Shown in pieces: positions 61,617 through 64,000 of a stretch of 64,000 nt of DNA. Below the pieces are notes generated by a model. The model searched no databases, was not told where the DNA came from, and was given only the letters and a program-made list of their open reading frames with translations. The DNA is from Heteronotia binoei. Taxonomy: Eukaryota. The translations under genes and the position numbers were made by a program. The DNA lies in contig NC_083230.1 of the NCBI RefSeq assembly GCF_032191835.1, positions 58,590,001 through 58,654,000 on the forward strand. The letters run 5' to 3'. Position 1 is the stretch's first letter. Each line of letters opens with the position of its first letter.

Positions 61617-63018
61617 GATTTCCTCAAATATTATAAGCAGGGGGGGTGTTAGTTGTCAGGGAGAGATGATTACAGTCAAGATGCATAAGTAACTGAGCAA
61701 TAAATACAGCAAAATTGCCATCTCTCAGCCACCTGTGGCATACTAAATTAATATCTGTGACTGAGATAATCTACTGCCAGCCATAGTTACTGAATCCCAG
61801 GGGTTGTTATTGCTGACTTGTAAGTAGGGGGTTCATATAGCTTTATGGAAATGCATGGGAGCAGTTGTAAAGTTGCTTTATTGGAGGGGCAAATTAGTAC
61901 AGTGTCAGCCCATCATAAGGAGCAAACAAAGCTAGAGGGGTTCTTCTGGAAAATTTTTGAAAATTGGTTTGGGGGGGGAGTAGATAGACTTGCCTAGTGC
62001 AAAAAAGCCTGGCACCAGCCCTGACTCTGTCGAAAGGAGAATGCTGGACAAGATGGGCCTGTAGTCTGCCCCAGCAGGGATCTTATGTCAGTACTGGAAA
62101 AGAAGCCAGTTTTTTGTTTCACTAGTACATTCTGGGTGTAATGCAGTAACCTTGTTGGCAAATACATTTATTTGTGTTCATGCAAATGAAATGCCCTCAT
62201 GAATTGTTTAGAAGTAACAAAAAACTGCCAGTTTTGTTCAGCTCATTTAACCCCTAATCAACAACCACAGAAAATGTTCTCCACAACTGACAGTTCACTA
62301 AAGGAATTGCATCTCTCAGTCACCTTTCACACTAAGATTAACTGAAAGTATTTAAATGCTTACGATTTGTGTGAAACAAGAGGTATTGTATTGGGATACC
62401 TGATGGTTTGCTTATTGGTTTTTTTATTAGAATTTTTATTTTAACTTCTCAGAAAAGATTCTTACTTTTTAAAGTTGGGAAAATCTAGTTGATTGGAATC
62501 CATAAGAAACTTTCTCAACTGCTATTCCTGCATATTTTCCCACACAGGGACAGGCTTGTCTCCCCAGTGCTTCTACATATTAGATTTCCCTGACCCAGTC
62601 TCTCAGCAGTGGCTATTTACCTTTCCCCAGGTCACCAGGGCCACCATGGCTTTTTCAGTTGTTTAAAAACCAGCTATTCAATATCAACATATTGATACAA
62701 TGTAATGCCTTTCCCTTTATATCTCCACAATGAACAGGACTAAATAAATACTTTTAAAATGAAAGCTGATAATGTAGAGAATCTGAGACACTGGTTGTTA
62801 TGTTATATTGATATAAAGATATTCAATTGCTGAATACAAGAAACAGAAAAGCCCTCCAGTAATGAAGGCCTCTGGTGGGCAACTAGGCTCTAGCGAGATC
62901 AGGATCTATGTATACAGAAGATGTCTCCTTTGGAAGTCATCCAATAACAAGGAGATGTTGTCTACTCATCAATGGTATTTATTATAAAATAAAGGCAATC
63001 ATACAAGAGAATAAAATT

Positions 63019-63154
63019 CAGGGGTGGCCAACGGTAGCTCTCCAGATGTTTTTTGCCTACAACTCCCATCAGCCCCAGCCAGCATGGCCACTGGCTGGGG
63101 CTGATGGGAGTTGTAGGCAAAAAACATCTGGAGAGCTACCATTGGCCATCCCTG
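63019..63154. mobile_element. Palindromic hAT MITE, second copy
   Basis: Near-identical to 60048-60182; TSD imperfect. Confidence 0.93.
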
Positions 63155-64000
63155 GAATAAATCATTCAACACACATACAGACCTAGGAAAACAGCATGAA
63201 ATGCACAGGGGTAACACAAGGATGGACACAAGGGCAATGCAATTACCTATCATAGTCTTCAAGGAAGGCTCCAATGGCGAAGAAAAAGGAGATTGGGGAA
63301 AGGACCCTCAACTGATCAGGTACTGGGGGCGCATCTAAACAGCAGGGTAGGGGTACTGTCAGATGCACACCTGGGGCACATTGGGTCAAAGGTTATAAGG
63401 ACTACCTTGAGCCCTTAGGGGGAGGGAGGTCCAAGAGTCTGTGACATGGGGTCAGATGGGTCATGATGCTGTGATGTGTGGTACATTAGCTCAGAAAAGC
63501 GGAGGCTCCAAAGTGACACTTGGGCAAGGCATGGGTTGATGGGATTAAAACAAGCTACACAAATTTATCTAAAATGATAATAGATGGCTGAATTGGTTTC
63601 TAAGGTGACACCCGATTTACAGAATAATGCTGGCTCTGGATTAAGACTGGTCTTCCTCTTCTTCCTCCTCTGGCTGGCATCATCTTTTGTTGAATGTTCC
63701 CTTTGACAAAAGCTTGCGCGGTCCGGCAGGATACACGCCTATGATAAGTATAATGACCTTATGCAGATGTCTGAAGCAACTGCTGGATACGTGGGAAAAT
63801 ATGTAATGTATTGATGAACTATATTTAGATTCTGATAGTAGAATATTTTTCAATATATTGCAAAATAAAAATTTTGTTACGTGGGGCTCCCGCTTCTCCC
63901 TCATGGAGTCTGGAAGTGCAGGAAGATGGTTACTGATGGTGTTACACTAATTGAAAAGGGCTGAAAACTGCTTGACTGGACAGCTCATAGCGATGAGACT

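Larger units (their letters stand above)
59866..62023. mobile_element. Old hAT-like non-autonomous element hosting younger MITEs
   Basis: CAGGGCTGGTGC ... GCACCAGCCCTG TIRs; flanks only 5/8 identical. Confidence 0.5.

Overview
Vertebrate genomic DNA, almost certainly a squamate reptile and probably a gecko (BovB/RTE, CR1, L2, L1, Squam3-like and 5S-derived SINEs, abundant AGGGTTGCC-ended MITEs). The only host gene recognised is the 3' end of synaptotagmin-1 (SYT1, + strand): penultimate coding exon 23005-23138, last coding exon 32177-32383, and a repeat-free ~3 kb 3'UTR ending near 35410. Bases 1-23004 are intron. The rest is mostly transposable elements. Most notable: (1) a 6.18 kb TIR-bounded PIF/Harbinger element (35701-41884) about 300 bp past the SYT1 poly(A) signal, with a decayed DDE transposase and a Myb/SANT gene head-to-head, 68-79 bp introns, CTCF-like motifs and about 2.3 kb of unexplained cargo with signals of a third spliced transcript; (2) a TSD-flanked ORF1-only 'half-L1' (27727-29445); (3) a full-length decayed L1 with an 18 bp TSD; (4) Penelope remnants with hammerhead ribozyme motifs, one core-intact and sense to SYT1; (5) several multi-layer TE nests. 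All calls are by eye; no database searches were run.
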